DNA of 63,698 bases, counting the filler, from a bacterium (GTDB taxonomy: Bacteria; JAJRZV01), in the NCBI GenBank assembly GCA_024275095.1. It is 4 parts of 4 records of this genome, joined end to end, with 100 filler letters (N's around TTAATTAATTAA, not from the genome) between each part and the next. Parts side by side here need not be neighbours in the genome. Positions count along the whole stretch, not along the records: positions 23,453 to 46,640 come from JAJRZV010000083.1; positions 46,741 to 61,726 come from JAJRZV010000087.1; 2 more parts are not named here. One strand, 5' to 3'. The notes beneath the pieces were generated by a model, which had not been told where the DNA came from, ran no database searches, and saw nothing but the letters and a program-made list of their open reading frames with translations. Within the stretch, counting starts at the first letter, position 1. Every line of letters starts with the position of its first letter. Of the stretch, positions 41,304 through 51,500 are shown in pieces. Made by a program: the position numbers and the translations under genes.

Positions 41304-42482
41304 TCAGCCGCGCTCCTCAATGGGAACGTACTTCTCGTCAATGGGGCCTGTGTATACGAATCTGGGCCTGTAAATCCTGTTATCCGCAAGCTGTTCCAGC
41401 GCATGGGCCACCCAGCCGCTTATACGGCCTGTGGCAAAGATGGGTGTAAACAGTGCAGTTTCAATGCCCATGGAGGACATCACAACACCGGAGTAAAAAT
41501 CCACATTTGGAAAGATCCCTTTCTGGCCCAGCTTCTCAATCATTACTTTTTCAATGATTTCCGCGATTTTAAGCCAGTCCTCCGTGCCAGCGCGTTTAGT
41601 AATTTCATCTGCATATTTTTTCAGGATGCGGGCACGAGGGTCGTAGGCCTTGTACACGCGGTGACCAAATCCCATAATCTTTTCCTTTTTCTCGATCTTG
41701 CGAAGGATGACTTCTTCCGCTTTGGAGGGATCACCGATTTCACCCAGCATGTGCATCACGCGCTCGTTGGCACCACCATGAAGCGGTCCTTTCAAACTTC
41801 CGATAGCTGCACAAATGGCAGAATACAGATCTGAGAGTGACGAAATAACAACCAGGGTGGTAAACGTGGAAGCGTTGCATCCGTGGTCTGCATGGAGAAT
41901 GAGAATCACGTCCATGATTTTTTCGTTGAGCTCATCCGGTTCCTCACCATTGAGCATCCACAGGAAATTGGCCGAGTGGCTGAGGTCAGCCCGGGGAGTC
42001 ACCGGATCAAGGTTCTTCCTGGCACGTGCAATAGCTGCGGTAATGGTTGCCACACGGGAAATAAGTTTAATCGCTTTGCGCTCCTGTGCATCCCACGCAT
42101 CATCATCGGCCTCGTCATCAAGCACACCGAGCAGAGACACGGCTGTACGCAAAATAGCCATCGGGTGCACATTGTAACGAGCAGAAGAATAAATTATGTC
42201 GTACACTTCTTCAGGGATCTCCCGGTACATAACGAGCTTCTTTTCAAAGGCTTTTAGTTCTGCATCTGTGGGAAGCTTATCGTAAATCAATAGATACGAA
42301 ACTTCTTCAAATGTCGAATGTTCTGCCAGTTCTTCAATGGGAATGCCATGATATACGAGATATCCCTTCTGCCCGTCCACGAAGCTCTTGGTGGACTCCC
42401 GAGCAATAATTCCTTCCAATCCCTTAGGGAACTGGACCTCTCCCGGTTTTGCCACAAGTTTCACTTCCTGTTTATCTGACAT
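41304..42482 (-). CDS. gltA: citrate synthase (Si-type)
   Basis: LHADHG, NASTF, GPLHGGANE, MGFGHRVYK, PNVDFYSG. Confidence 0.96.
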   Translation of the reverse strand: MSDKQEVKLVAKPGEVQFPKGLEGIIARESTKSFVDGQKGYLVYHGIPIEELAEHSTFEEVSYLLIYDKLPTDAELKAFEKKLVMYREIPEEVYDIIYSSARYNVHPMAILRTAVSLLGVLDDEADDDAWDAQERKAIKLISRVATITAAIARARKNLDPVTPRADLSHSANFLWMLNGEEPDELNEKIMDVILILHADHGCNASTFTTLVVISSLSDLYSAICAAIGSLKGPLHGGANERVMHMLGEIGDPSKAEEVILRKIEKKEKIMGFGHRVYKAYDPRARILKKYADEITKRAGTEDWLKIAEIIEKVMIEKLGQKGIFPNVDFYSGVVMSSMGIETALFTPIFATGRISGWVAHALEQLADNRIYRPRFVYTGPIDEKYVPIEERG

Positions 42483-42514
42483 TTTCAACACCCCCTTATT
42501 TTTTTATATTCTGG

Positions 42515-42543
42515 ATTTTACGCCCCATGACATAGTGTGTCAA
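42515..42543 (-). promoter_or_regulatory. sigma70 promoter of TCA operon with overlapping palindrome
   Basis: Minus strand TTGACA-17bp-TAAAAT; TGACA-N5-TGTCA at 42528-42542. Confidence 0.65.
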
Positions 42544-42679
42544 AAAAAAACAGCATCGAAATGCCAACCGTAGTTTATTTTTATTCTTTATTTTCAATAA
42601 GTTACAATGCATAAATGAATGAGCATTCACCTTGGTGCCACAAATACTTTTGATAACGAATTTTTGAAGAAGGCGGTGC

Positions 42680-43144
42680 TCAAAAAAGAAATGTACGTGC
42701 CACAAGAAAAATGAGAAGCGCGTACACCCCCGCTACCACATCATCCAGCACCACTCCTGTACCCCCTGTAAAGAACCGCTCCACACGCCGAATGGGAAAG
42801 GGTTTGGAAATGTCAAAAATTCTAAACAACACAAAGGTAACAATTATAGAGTTCAAGTCTTCCACCACCAAGAGCGGAATAAGCATTCCCACTACTTCAT
42901 CAATGACAATTCGTCCGTCGTCCTTTATGCTGAATATTTTTTCTGCTGCTCCGGCTGCTGGTATGGACAGAGCAAAAATAACAACCAGCACGATCAAACG
43001 CCACCAGAGACCCTGATGTAAGAGTGTGAAATAAAAAATTACGCACGTAAAAGCGCTTCCGATGGTTCCAGGGGCCAGGGGGACATACCCGGAACCCAGA
43101 AATGTCGCCACCGCTAAGGCAAGCACTCGTCGAGCCAATTGCAC
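42680..43144 (-). CDS. pgpA: phosphatidylglycerophosphatase A
   Basis: APGTIGS, IVIDEVVG, FRIFDISKPFPI, GVVLDDVVAG. Confidence 0.92.
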   Translation of the reverse strand: MQLARRVLALAVATFLGSGYVPLAPGTIGSAFTCVIFYFTLLHQGLWWRLIVLVVIFALSIPAAGAAEKIFSIKDDGRIVIDEVVGMLIPLLVVEDLNSIIVTFVLFRIFDISKPFPIRRVERFFTGGTGVVLDDVVAGVYALLIFLVARTFLF

Positions 43145-43941
43145 ACCTCATTGAGAAATTCCTGCTGGTATTCTATCGGTAACATGTGTCCTGCACCTTT
43201 AAGTATCTTCAACGTGCACTTTTCGCCTGCTGCCTTGGCGGCCCTCTTGTTAACGACCACGGGAACGACCCTGTCTTTCTCTCCGGTAATAACAAGTGAA
43301 GGAATCTTCACTCCCTCCTGCCACTCCTCAGGTGCATGTGAAAAAAGAGAAGTGACAGCTCTGAGGGTGTACTTCGGCACATACCAGGGATGCGTTTGGA
43401 ATTCTCTTAACCTGTCAGGGTCATCGAATACATACCGCCACCGGACATACAAAGCTGTGGGTATCTTTGTGCTGGAAAACACATCACCACAAAACCGGAT
43501 AAGAGAAATAATTGCCCTGACCGGCCATTTGATGAGAAACGGCAGCCTTGACGTAGAAGGAACAATTAACATGGCATTGTGGCAAACAGCAGCTGCAATT
43601 CCATCCACATCAAAGGCGGCGTAAAGAGCCATGATACCTCCCATGCTGCTCCCCATAACAACAATTGGGAGCCCCTGAGAAACTTCCCTGAGCTCCTTCA
43701 CCAGAATATTAAGTTCGGTCATCACTTCTGAAACTGTAAAGTCTCCGCGGGTGCCGGCACGCGGACCATGACCGGGATAGTCATAACCAACCACTGTAAA
43801 TCCTTTATCACGCAAGGCAAGTAAAAACGGGTGGTAGAAAACAGGACTGGCACCCGTCCCGGGCAGAAAGATTACAATTGCCCGGGGCTCAGAATGGATA
43901 AGCACATAGTTAACAAAGGGTTTTGTGGAAACTTTAATCAT
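43114..43941 (-). CDS. alpha/beta hydrolase (lysophospholipase-like)
   Basis: DYPGHG, GSSMGG nucleophile, GEKD, GAGH. Confidence 0.88.
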   Translation of the reverse strand: MIKVSTKPFVNYVLIHSEPRAIVIFLPGTGASPVFYHPFLLALRDKGFTVVGYDYPGHGPRAGTRGDFTVSEVMTELNILVKELREVSQGLPIVVMGSSMGGIMALYAAFDVDGIAAAVCHNAMLIVPSTSRLPFLIKWPVRAIISLIRFCGDVFSSTKIPTALYVRWRYVFDDPDRLREFQTHPWYVPKYTLRAVTSLFSHAPEEWQEGVKIPSLVITGEKDRVVPVVVNKRAAKAAGEKCTLKILKGAGHMLPIEYQQEFLNEVCNWLDECLP

Positions 43942-44603
43942 TGTGCCTCCTTTCCGGCCTGGTTTGTTACCGACTCTTTGTCAGGCGAAGATGATGAAAA
44001 ATACCAGTTAAACAAAAACATAACCGCTTCAGTAAACCTTACTTCCATCGTGAAATGATAGGGCGAAAGGTATTTTCTGAACATCATTCCTATGGCTCCG
44101 TAAGCATCCGGGTCTAAATCCTGGTCAGAGATATACCATTCATTTCTATACCGTAAAATCGCCCCGCCTGCTGCATAAACTCCCACTGCAATGGTAGCAT
44201 CGGGGGTGTGAAGGGTTTTACCCACGCTGAGACCCCCACCTGCTTCGAGAACCACCTTAATGCTCAAAGCATTGAAATCAGCAAAAGAAAACCACGCGAG
44301 GTCTACAGGTATTCCCAAACTATCCTCCAGAATTTGTCCTTTAACAATAGCACCGAATCCCACTCCACCTCCCTTTTCTCTGTAGTTGTAAATCGCGGAA
44401 GCAAAGGCCTGAACCGAGATCGAATGCTGTGTAATCGGTAAAACATATCCCCCGCCTCCCTGAATGTTTCTCCATCCACCACCGGCAGAAACAAACAACA
44501 TAGATTTTTCGGAAACCGAAGGTTTAAGATTAAACGTATCCACTGCGTATGCCTTGATCCATATTAACCCTGAAACAATCGTTAATACAACAGCGCGTTT
44601 CAT
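43938..44603 (-). CDS. exported hypothetical protein, possible outer-membrane beta-barrel
   Basis: Signal peptide; alternating amphipathic strands; aromatic C-terminal strand FLFNWYF. Confidence 0.55.
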   Translation of the reverse strand: MKRAVVLTIVSGLIWIKAYAVDTFNLKPSVSEKSMLFVSAGGGWRNIQGGGGYVLPITQHSISVQAFASAIYNYREKGGGVGFGAIVKGQILEDSLGIPVDLAWFSFADFNALSIKVVLEAGGGLSVGKTLHTPDATIAVGVYAAGGAILRYRNEWYISDQDLDPDAYGAIGMMFRKYLSPYHFTMEVRFTEAVMFLFNWYFSSSSPDKESVTNQAGKEAQ

Positions 44604-44733
44604 AGCGTTATCATGGTACAGTAAGTTTACCTAAAGTGAACAGTGTTTTTCCCAGGAGTTCCTCTTCTACAATTCAGGGAATAAAGCATACCGGGGTTGA
44701 CTTTCAGCATGATTGTGGATAGTGTAGCACCCT

Positions 44734-46023
44734 ATGTACTCCAATAAAACCATCGTTAAATATCTCTGGCTGATAATCTTTTTTGTGTACCCATTCATTG
44801 GAGATGGAGACAAACTGCGCCTTGAACTGTACAAATCCCTAAAAACAGAGACTCTTTCTGTCAGGTCCAATGCCAAGGTTGCGAAGTTCATGAAAAAACC
44901 TATTCTATTTATCAACTCACACGGGACCAGTCCTTACGCAGTTGATATAAAAGACGGAATTATCATTTTTTATCCTCATCAGAAATATAGAAATATCCTG
45001 ATAAAAACTTTTACCGATGTGATCGGTTACACCCTTGAAAACACAACAAAAGATACTTACCAGCTACTTATTACGACCGTCAACGGAGACGTGATTTACT
45101 CGTCTCCTAAAGTGAATAAATGGACGAAAAAACTAAATTCCAGCATTTTCTGTCCGCCTTCAGCCATCAACATTGACAATGACAGTGACACAGAATTTTT
45201 GTTTGGAGATGACTCCGGCAAACTCCACATCTTTAACCATAATGGAGAAGAAATACTCACCGTTTCCAATATTAAAGGTATGATTACAGGACCTCCTGTA
45301 TACCTCAGGTCTATACATACAATATTTGTCGGCGCTTCTGACGGTCGTTTATACGCGATTTCGATTACCGGAGGCATTCGGTGGAAATTCCAGGCCACGT
45401 CGGAAATTTACGCGGGACCATTATCCGCAGATATGGACGGGGATGGCCAGGACGAAATTATCGTAACCACCATGGAAGGTGAAATTTATCTACTCGAAAC
45501 CTCGGGAAAGTTTACCCGAATTTTTAAGGCAAAGTACTGGATTGAGGCAAACCCGGCACTGGCAGATCTCAACAACGACGGCGTGCCAGAAATTATTGTA
45601 GGTTCGTGGGATAACCATGTTTATGCCATCACAGGTAAGGGGCGAATATTATGGTCATACGACACCGGCGCGGATGTGAGGACAACCCCTGTTGTTGCTG
45701 ACCTGAATAATGACGGTAAACCCGAGGTTGTGGTGGCCGGCAACAATGGAAAACTGTTTATATTCTCCAGCACCGGAAAACTTTTGTTGGAAAAAATAAT
45801 AGGCAGGGTTCCCTTATATCAGCCTTCACTCATCGATGTTGATGGTGACGGTTACCTTGAGCTGGTGGTGGGAATGTATAAAAAGAGACTCCTTATCTTC
45901 AAGACTTATTCAAAAGGTCCCTGTTACTGGCCTGTTTACAGAGGAGACCAGAAAAATTCAGGAATTTACCACTCAAGCACATCAACTGCATGCCCTGGCA
46001 TCCCACTTGTTTCCGCACAGTAA
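44734..46023 (+). CDS. FG-GAP/VCBS repeat beta-propeller protein
   Basis: Repeats DMDGDGQDEI, DLNNDGVPEI, DLNNDGKPEV, DVDGDGYLEL; WPVYRGDQKNSG. Confidence 0.8.
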   Translation: MYSNKTIVKYLWLIIFFVYPFIGDGDKLRLELYKSLKTETLSVRSNAKVAKFMKKPILFINSHGTSPYAVDIKDGIIIFYPHQKYRNILIKTFTDVIGYTLENTTKDTYQLLITTVNGDVIYSSPKVNKWTKKLNSSIFCPPSAINIDNDSDTEFLFGDDSGKLHIFNHNGEEILTVSNIKGMITGPPVYLRSIHTIFVGASDGRLYAISITGGIRWKFQATSEIYAGPLSADMDGDGQDEIIVTTMEGEIYLLETSGKFTRIFKAKYWIEANPALADLNNDGVPEIIVGSWDNHVYAITGKGRILWSYDTGADVRTTPVVADLNNDGKPEVVVAGNNGKLFIFSSTGKLLLEKIIGRVPLYQPSLIDVDGDGYLELVVGMYKKRLLIFKTYSKGPCYWPVYRGDQKNSGIYHSSTSTACPGIPLVSAQ

Positions 46024-46046
46024 AATCAAGAATCGGGGTCAAGAAT

Positions 46047-46076
46047 CGGGGTCTGGTCTCAACATTGGACATTCGG
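46047..46076. repeat. dispersed REP-like 30-bp element, copy 2
   Basis: 29/30 identical to 256-285; overlaps tandem AAGAATCGGGGTC x2. Confidence 0.75.
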
Positions 46077-46085
46077 TGCCCTAAA

Positions 46086-46499
46086 TTAATAAATTAAATT
46101 TTCAATCATTTTTATTTTATACACTACATTCAAAGCATCAAGTATTTTGTAGAGGTCTTTTTTCAACAGCACAGTTGTTGCCCAGGAAAAATTACTTTTT
46201 CTATCTTTCAGATAAACCTTATATCCTCTTTTTAGCTGTTCCAGAAGCTCCTCCACACTCATTTCAATCCTGTGCTTTTTTAAGAAATAGTCAAGAAAAG
46301 AAAGTATGGCATAAGAAAGATAACAAACCCTTAAGTGCCCCTCCACATGAGACCTCAGCCATACCCTCACAGGTCTCAAGAATAGTATCCCTTTAAGCTT
46401 CTTAAATGCTCTTTCTATAATATCTTTATATTTCCTCACCACTTCACCCGCAGAAAATGAAGTGTTGTGATATATGAGGCTGTATCCGGCAAATCTTGC
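46086..46499 (-). pseudogene. IS1634-family transposase C-terminal fragment
   Basis: GYSLIYHNT..SAGEVVRKY KDIIERAFKKLKG..LRPVRVWL..HVEGHLRVCYLSY; upstream part replaced by an IS3-like end. Confidence 0.7.
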
Positions 46500-46640
46500 T
46501 GTATTGCCCCACCCGAACCGAAAAGTTCATTAAGTGAGAGGTCAGAGGAGAAATCAGGGTCTTTCAAAGCAGAGATAGAAAAACACCGCAGGAATTCAAT
46601 CAGCTCAAGGGTCAGGGATAAAATAAAAACAGTTTCAAAT
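46500..46640 (+). mobile_element. left end of IS3-like element, cut by contig end
   Basis: TGTATTGCCCCACC...GCAGGAATTCAATCAGCTCAAGGGTCAGGGATAAAATAAAAACAGTTTCAAAT, homologous to 29803-29942. Confidence 0.7.
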
Positions 46641-46740
46641 NNNNNNNNNNNNNNNNNNNNNNNNNNNNNNNNNNNNNNNNNNNNTTAATTAATTAANNNN
46701 NNNNNNNNNNNNNNNNNNNNNNNNNNNNNNNNNNNNNNNN
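46641..46740. other. artificial contig spacer
   Basis: N-run with TTAATTAATTAA. Confidence 0.99.
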
Positions 46741-46742
46741 GG

Positions 46743-48560
46743 TCGGGACAGGGGGACCTGCGGGGGTGCGTGTGGCGGTCCCTCGACCTTACGGGCTGGG
46801 TGAGATTCGATTCTCCCTCGAGTGATTGTGATATTCCTCCCGGCGGTGCAGGCACCTTCAGTGTTGTGTTCAGTACCGTGCCCACAGTGAGTGCTGACAC
46901 TGTGTATACCTTTACAGGTGACCCGCGCGATGCGGTAACGCTTGACCTTGCAGTACTCAAGGATAATGTAATCGTTACGCCATATGCACTGACACTTACC
47001 CGTTCACCAGCCGGTCCTCTTCCCGCTGACGGCACTTCTTACTATGTGCTCACTGCGACCCTTACGAACAATTCGTACCCTGTAACGGGAGTAATAATTG
47101 ATTTTAACTCCACCGCAGGAACGTTAAGCGCTTCCACCGGACGAACAGATGCGAACGGACAGGCAGTGGTTTACCTTTACGCTCCTGCATCGAGTGTGGA
47201 TGTTTCAGGTGTGGCCACAGCATCGTATCTTAACGCAGAAGCGTCAACCCCTGTGTCATTTACAGGGGTCACAGGACCCAACCTTCAGTATGTTGGTGGC
47301 ACGCTTGAGCCCCAGGTTGCAGAAAAAGGCTTTCCCGTGTCTTTTTCACTTCAGGTGTATAACGTGGGCACAACGTATATGTCCCTGCTTACAACTTCGT
47401 ATTTGCTGATTTCTGATGGCGTTACTGATTACATTGCTTATCTTGCAGAACCCGTTACTGTGCCTGTTGGAACATATACAACCCTCTGGTTCGGTCCTGA
47501 AGTGATGCCTTCGGGTATTTCTGCTGGAACCTATTACCCGGATTTGTACTTCACCGACGGCGTGACGTTTCAGTGGCGAGACGTAAGCGATGATGTGCTC
47601 GTGTTTTTGAGACCCAGCGTGGTTAATGTGGGTCGCGAGTTCGGTTCGGGCAACGTGTGGATTGAGATAAGCAGTGAGGTGGGTCAGTCAGTGGAGGTGG
47701 TATACAAAGACGCTTTTGAAGGAGGAGTGTGGACACCTGCGGCCACGTTTACCATGTCAACAACCAGGGTAATATGGACGGATGACGGCACGCAGACCGT
47801 GACAGCTCCCACCTATGTGAAGGAGCGCTATTATCGCGTGCGTGTGGAAGGTACGGATGCACTCAGTTACGAGATGCCGGGTGTGTACCGAATTGATGTG
47901 GTGGGTGGCTACACGCTCGTTTCGTTTCCGCTGGAGCTCACCGTGAATACACCCTACGAGATTTTCCAGGAGCAGCTTGTGGGTGATATTTCCGAAATCG
48001 CAGCGGACAGGATTCTCTACTGGGATGTCGCCCAGCAATCTTATCGCTACGCCTGGAAATTCGATTCCGACGGAGCCTACCCCGACCTGGATAACAAGTG
48101 GATAGAGACGGATCTCGGGGGTGAAACCACCATCACACTTGATCCTGATGAGGGGTTTTTTGTACAGAGCCGGCATGGTAACCAGAGCTTTCAGGTTGTG
48201 GGGTTTGTTTCGCAGACCGATCGTCAGAGGAGCATTGTTTACAGGTTACAGATTTTCGGCACCACTTACCCTGTAGAGGTCACCCTCGGTGCCTCAGGTT
48301 TCTGGGAAAGCGGGGCTAACGGCGATATCTCTGAAATTGACGCCGACAGGGTGCTTTACTGGGACCCTGCCGCTCAGTCGTTTCGATACGCGTGGTTGTT
48401 TGACTCAGATGGAGCGTATCCTGACTGGGATGGGAAATGGATAGAAACGGACCTTGGAGGTGAAACCACCATTACGCTGATGCCGGGTGTGGGTTACTTT
48501 TACCAGGACAGGCTTAATGATTTTATCTGGGTTTATCCCAAACCCTATAGTGAACCGTGA
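46743..48560 (+). CDS. large surface protein with Ig-like (Big_1) domain and duplicated C-terminal module, 5'-truncated
   Basis: Frame open from the gap; LPADGTS...TATL...PVTGV...TDANGQA; two 62-aa repeats (47982-48167, 48321-48506). Confidence 0.75.
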   Translation, partial: SGQGDLRGCVWRSLDLTGWVRFDSPSSDCDIPPGGAGTFSVVFSTVPTVSADTVYTFTGDPRDAVTLDLAVLKDNVIVTPYALTLTRSPAGPLPADGTSYYVLTATLTNNSYPVTGVIIDFNSTAGTLSASTGRTDANGQAVVYLYAPASSVDVSGVATASYLNAEASTPVSFTGVTGPNLQYVGGTLEPQVAEKGFPVSFSLQVYNVGTTYMSLLTTSYLLISDGVTDYIAYLAEPVTVPVGTYTTLWFGPEVMPSGISAGTYYPDLYFTDGVTFQWRDVSDDVLVFLRPSVVNVGREFGSGNVWIEISSEVGQSVEVVYKDAFEGGVWTPAATFTMSTTRVIWTDDGTQTVTAPTYVKERYYRVRVEGTDALSYEMPGVYRIDVVGGYTLVSFPLELTVNTPYEIFQEQLVGDISEIAADRILYWDVAQQSYRYAWKFDSDGAYPDLDNKWIETDLGGETTITLDPDEGFFVQSRHGNQSFQVVGFVSQTDRQRSIVYRLQIFGTTYPVEVTLGASGFWESGANGDISEIDADRVLYWDPAAQSFRYAWLFDSDGAYPDWDGKWIETDLGGETTITLMPGVGYFYQDRLNDFIWVYPKPYSEP

Positions 48561-48566
48561 GAGGGA

Positions 48567-51500
48567 TTGATGAAGAAAAGATTTATCCTTGGATTGGGAA
48601 TAATTCTGTTGGGTACGGCAGGTGCCTCTTTTCGCGCTGCCGCGCAGGCACCCTTGTTTAACTGGGGTGAATCGGGATGTGAAATTCAGGATGAGTACGG
48701 GAATCCCCTCACCAACCAGCTGATACTTCTCATCGGCGTGGGAGCTAACGGAGTTATTGACCCGCCGGATGCCGACGGGGTCGGTGGAGACGACGTGTTG
48801 CTCGCAGTTGTTTCCGGGGATGCAAACCCCAACTACATTAATCCATTGGAAGTTGTACCCGGTGTGTGCAGCCAGCAGTTTTCGTACGATTCGGAGTTTT
48901 CCAATCTCGCCAACGGTGATGTTATATACCTGCGCGCTTATAACGGTACCACCATCGCCAATTCCACCTATTACGGCAATTCCCCTACAGACGTGGTGGA
49001 CCTTTCCATCGGATTTGATGCGACGCCCGATGGACCCTGGCAGACAAATATTATCAATCCTTATTACACTTCCGTGGTCCTCGCGTATTTTAAAGCCCGG
49101 CCTGCCGCCGGTGGCGTGCTTCTCAAATGGGCTACCGGCAGCGAAACAGCCAACATCGGCTTCCAGATTTATCGTTCACGCTCCGCGGATGGACCCTATG
49201 AGGAACTGGCCAATGGATTTGTTCCTTCCCAGGCAATTGAACCTGCGGGAGCATTTTACACCTTCTTTGACTGGACGGCAGAGCCTGGAGTCACCTACTA
49301 CTACGTGCTTCAGGATGTACCCGCTGAAGGTATGCCCGTGGAGTATGGACCGGTTTCGGCACAGGCGCTCCTTTCTGCAGAACCCCGCGTTCTCGAATGG
49401 GAAGAGGACGAATCTATTTTTGTGGAAGTTGAACTTCAGGGCTTTAACGTAGGGTATTCTCCCCAGGGTCACGTGATAGAAATTCCAACTTTTTCGCCGG
49501 CGGAAATACCAGGCCAGTATCTTCTCCCCATCCGGCAGTTCGACTACGGTGTTCCTCCTCAGGGAAATATAAGAGTCGAGCTCGTGGATGCCGACACAGT
49601 AGATGTCTACGGCGTATACATGGAACCTTACTACCCCTTGCAGCTGACTGATCCCACATTGGGCTCGTATCCAATCCCGGTTTCAGAACCACCTGCTACT
49701 CCTGTAAGCCTCTCTTCCGTCGATTTTCTGCGAGACCAGCGGATCGCTCACGTGCTCGTGTACCCTGTGAGATACATTCCGGAAGAGAACAGGGCGGTCG
49801 TTTACTTGCGCGTCCGCTTTCGCATTACGTGGTCCGGAACAGGGAAGGAAAATCTCGACAAAGGGTACGAGTGGGTTCTCAGAGGACTGGATAATTATCT
49901 GGAGTCACGCAGACTCAGGGTTGCGAGACGAACGAGCGCGGTTGTGAGTCTTCCGGAGGCTCTGCGCGTTCGCACTGATGAACGCACACTTTATCGTATC
50001 CCGGAGGCCGTTCTTGCGGATACATTCTCTTCCAGTGCGAGCAGTTTCGTGTTGAAAGGGTTAAGCGGTGAAAAAGCGCACATTAATTCGGGAGGATATC
50101 TGGTTTTCCTGGGTGGAGCCGGTGATGGATTCTACACGCCTGTTTCCGCCTTTCTCATCTATCCCGGAACCTCCACTCGCACGGCAGGTGCATTTGATGC
50201 AGCTCCCTCAGGTGCTTCGGTTTCCAGTGAGGTGGAGTGCGAGAGGGAACAGGGAGAGCCGTTAAGGTATATCGCCAGCATGTCTCACCATCCACCTGAA
50301 GAGAAGTGGATATGGAAGCGCGCTTTCGGAGGTGGAAGTGTTGACCTCCCCTTTGCACTCGGTGGTTATACCAGCGGTGACGTGTCGTTCCATATTCACC
50401 TGATCAACTCTACAGATGTCGATGCGTCTGTGGAGTTTGTATATAACGGGAGTGTGCTGGCAGGGAGTTATACAGACATTTCGCCTCATTCCGACCTGAT
50501 GTTCACAGTAACAATACCACAGGCACTTCTTGTGGGTACTGAAGGCTCTCTGACCATGAATGTTCTGTCAGGAACCCAGGTGCTTGTAAAAGGTATGAGA
50601 GCCGTGTATTCGTGTTCCACCACTTTTTACACTCCCTTTCCTTTCAGAGTGACTTCAGAAGGCGATTATTCTTTCAGCACCACGGGTGAGGGTCCCTATC
50701 TCATTTTCAAACTCAGCAATAACGATATAAACGAAGTGGCCTACAACGTGGAGGTTACAGGAACGTACACGCTGACCGCACACCTTTTACCCGGCGATTA
50801 TATCGTGGCCGGTGTACCGAACATTCCCGATGTTCTCGAAATCAAACCTGCCTCCTACATTTCCGATCCCGCAGGTACTGTGGATTATCTCATAATTACC
50901 CCACAGAGGTTTGCTTCCGCCCTTAATCCTCTTATACAGTTGCGCACCAATGAAGGCATGAACGTTCGGGTGTTCTCTGCCCAGCAGATATACGATACGT
51001 TTGCTGCCGGTAATACCACGCCCGCAGCGATCAAAGAGTTCCTCGCGTACGCTTACAACAACTGGGGACAGCCATCGTTTGTGCTGTTCGTGGGAGATAC
51101 TTCTTACGATTGTCTGGGAGTATATGCACGCACCTGGGGTGATACGGGGGAGGACCGTTGTGTACTTCCTTCTCTATTTGTGAACACGAACTACTATAAC
51201 CTTTCCGTACCTTCCGATAATGCTCTTGTAAGCATTGCGGGAAACGACTCCGTTCCCGATATTGCATTCGGGAGATTGCCTGTGAAGGACGTTTCAGAGC
51301 TGAGAGATATGGTTCAGCGGATCGTGGATTATGAAAACGATACGGCGGATGAGTCCTATTACCGCCTCCTGTTTTTTGCAGACAAAAGCGGAGATTTTCT
51401 CGAGACGGCGAAGGCAATGATTGATTCTGTTCCTGAGGGGTATCCCCACGTGTTGAGCTGGGAAGGGGAACTTTCCAGTGACCAGATGCGAGCGGGCATT

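Noticed and set aside
47982-48506. Diversity-generating retroelement TR/VR pair
   Set aside because: Differences are not adenine-specific, both copies are in one CDS, and no reverse transcriptase is seen.
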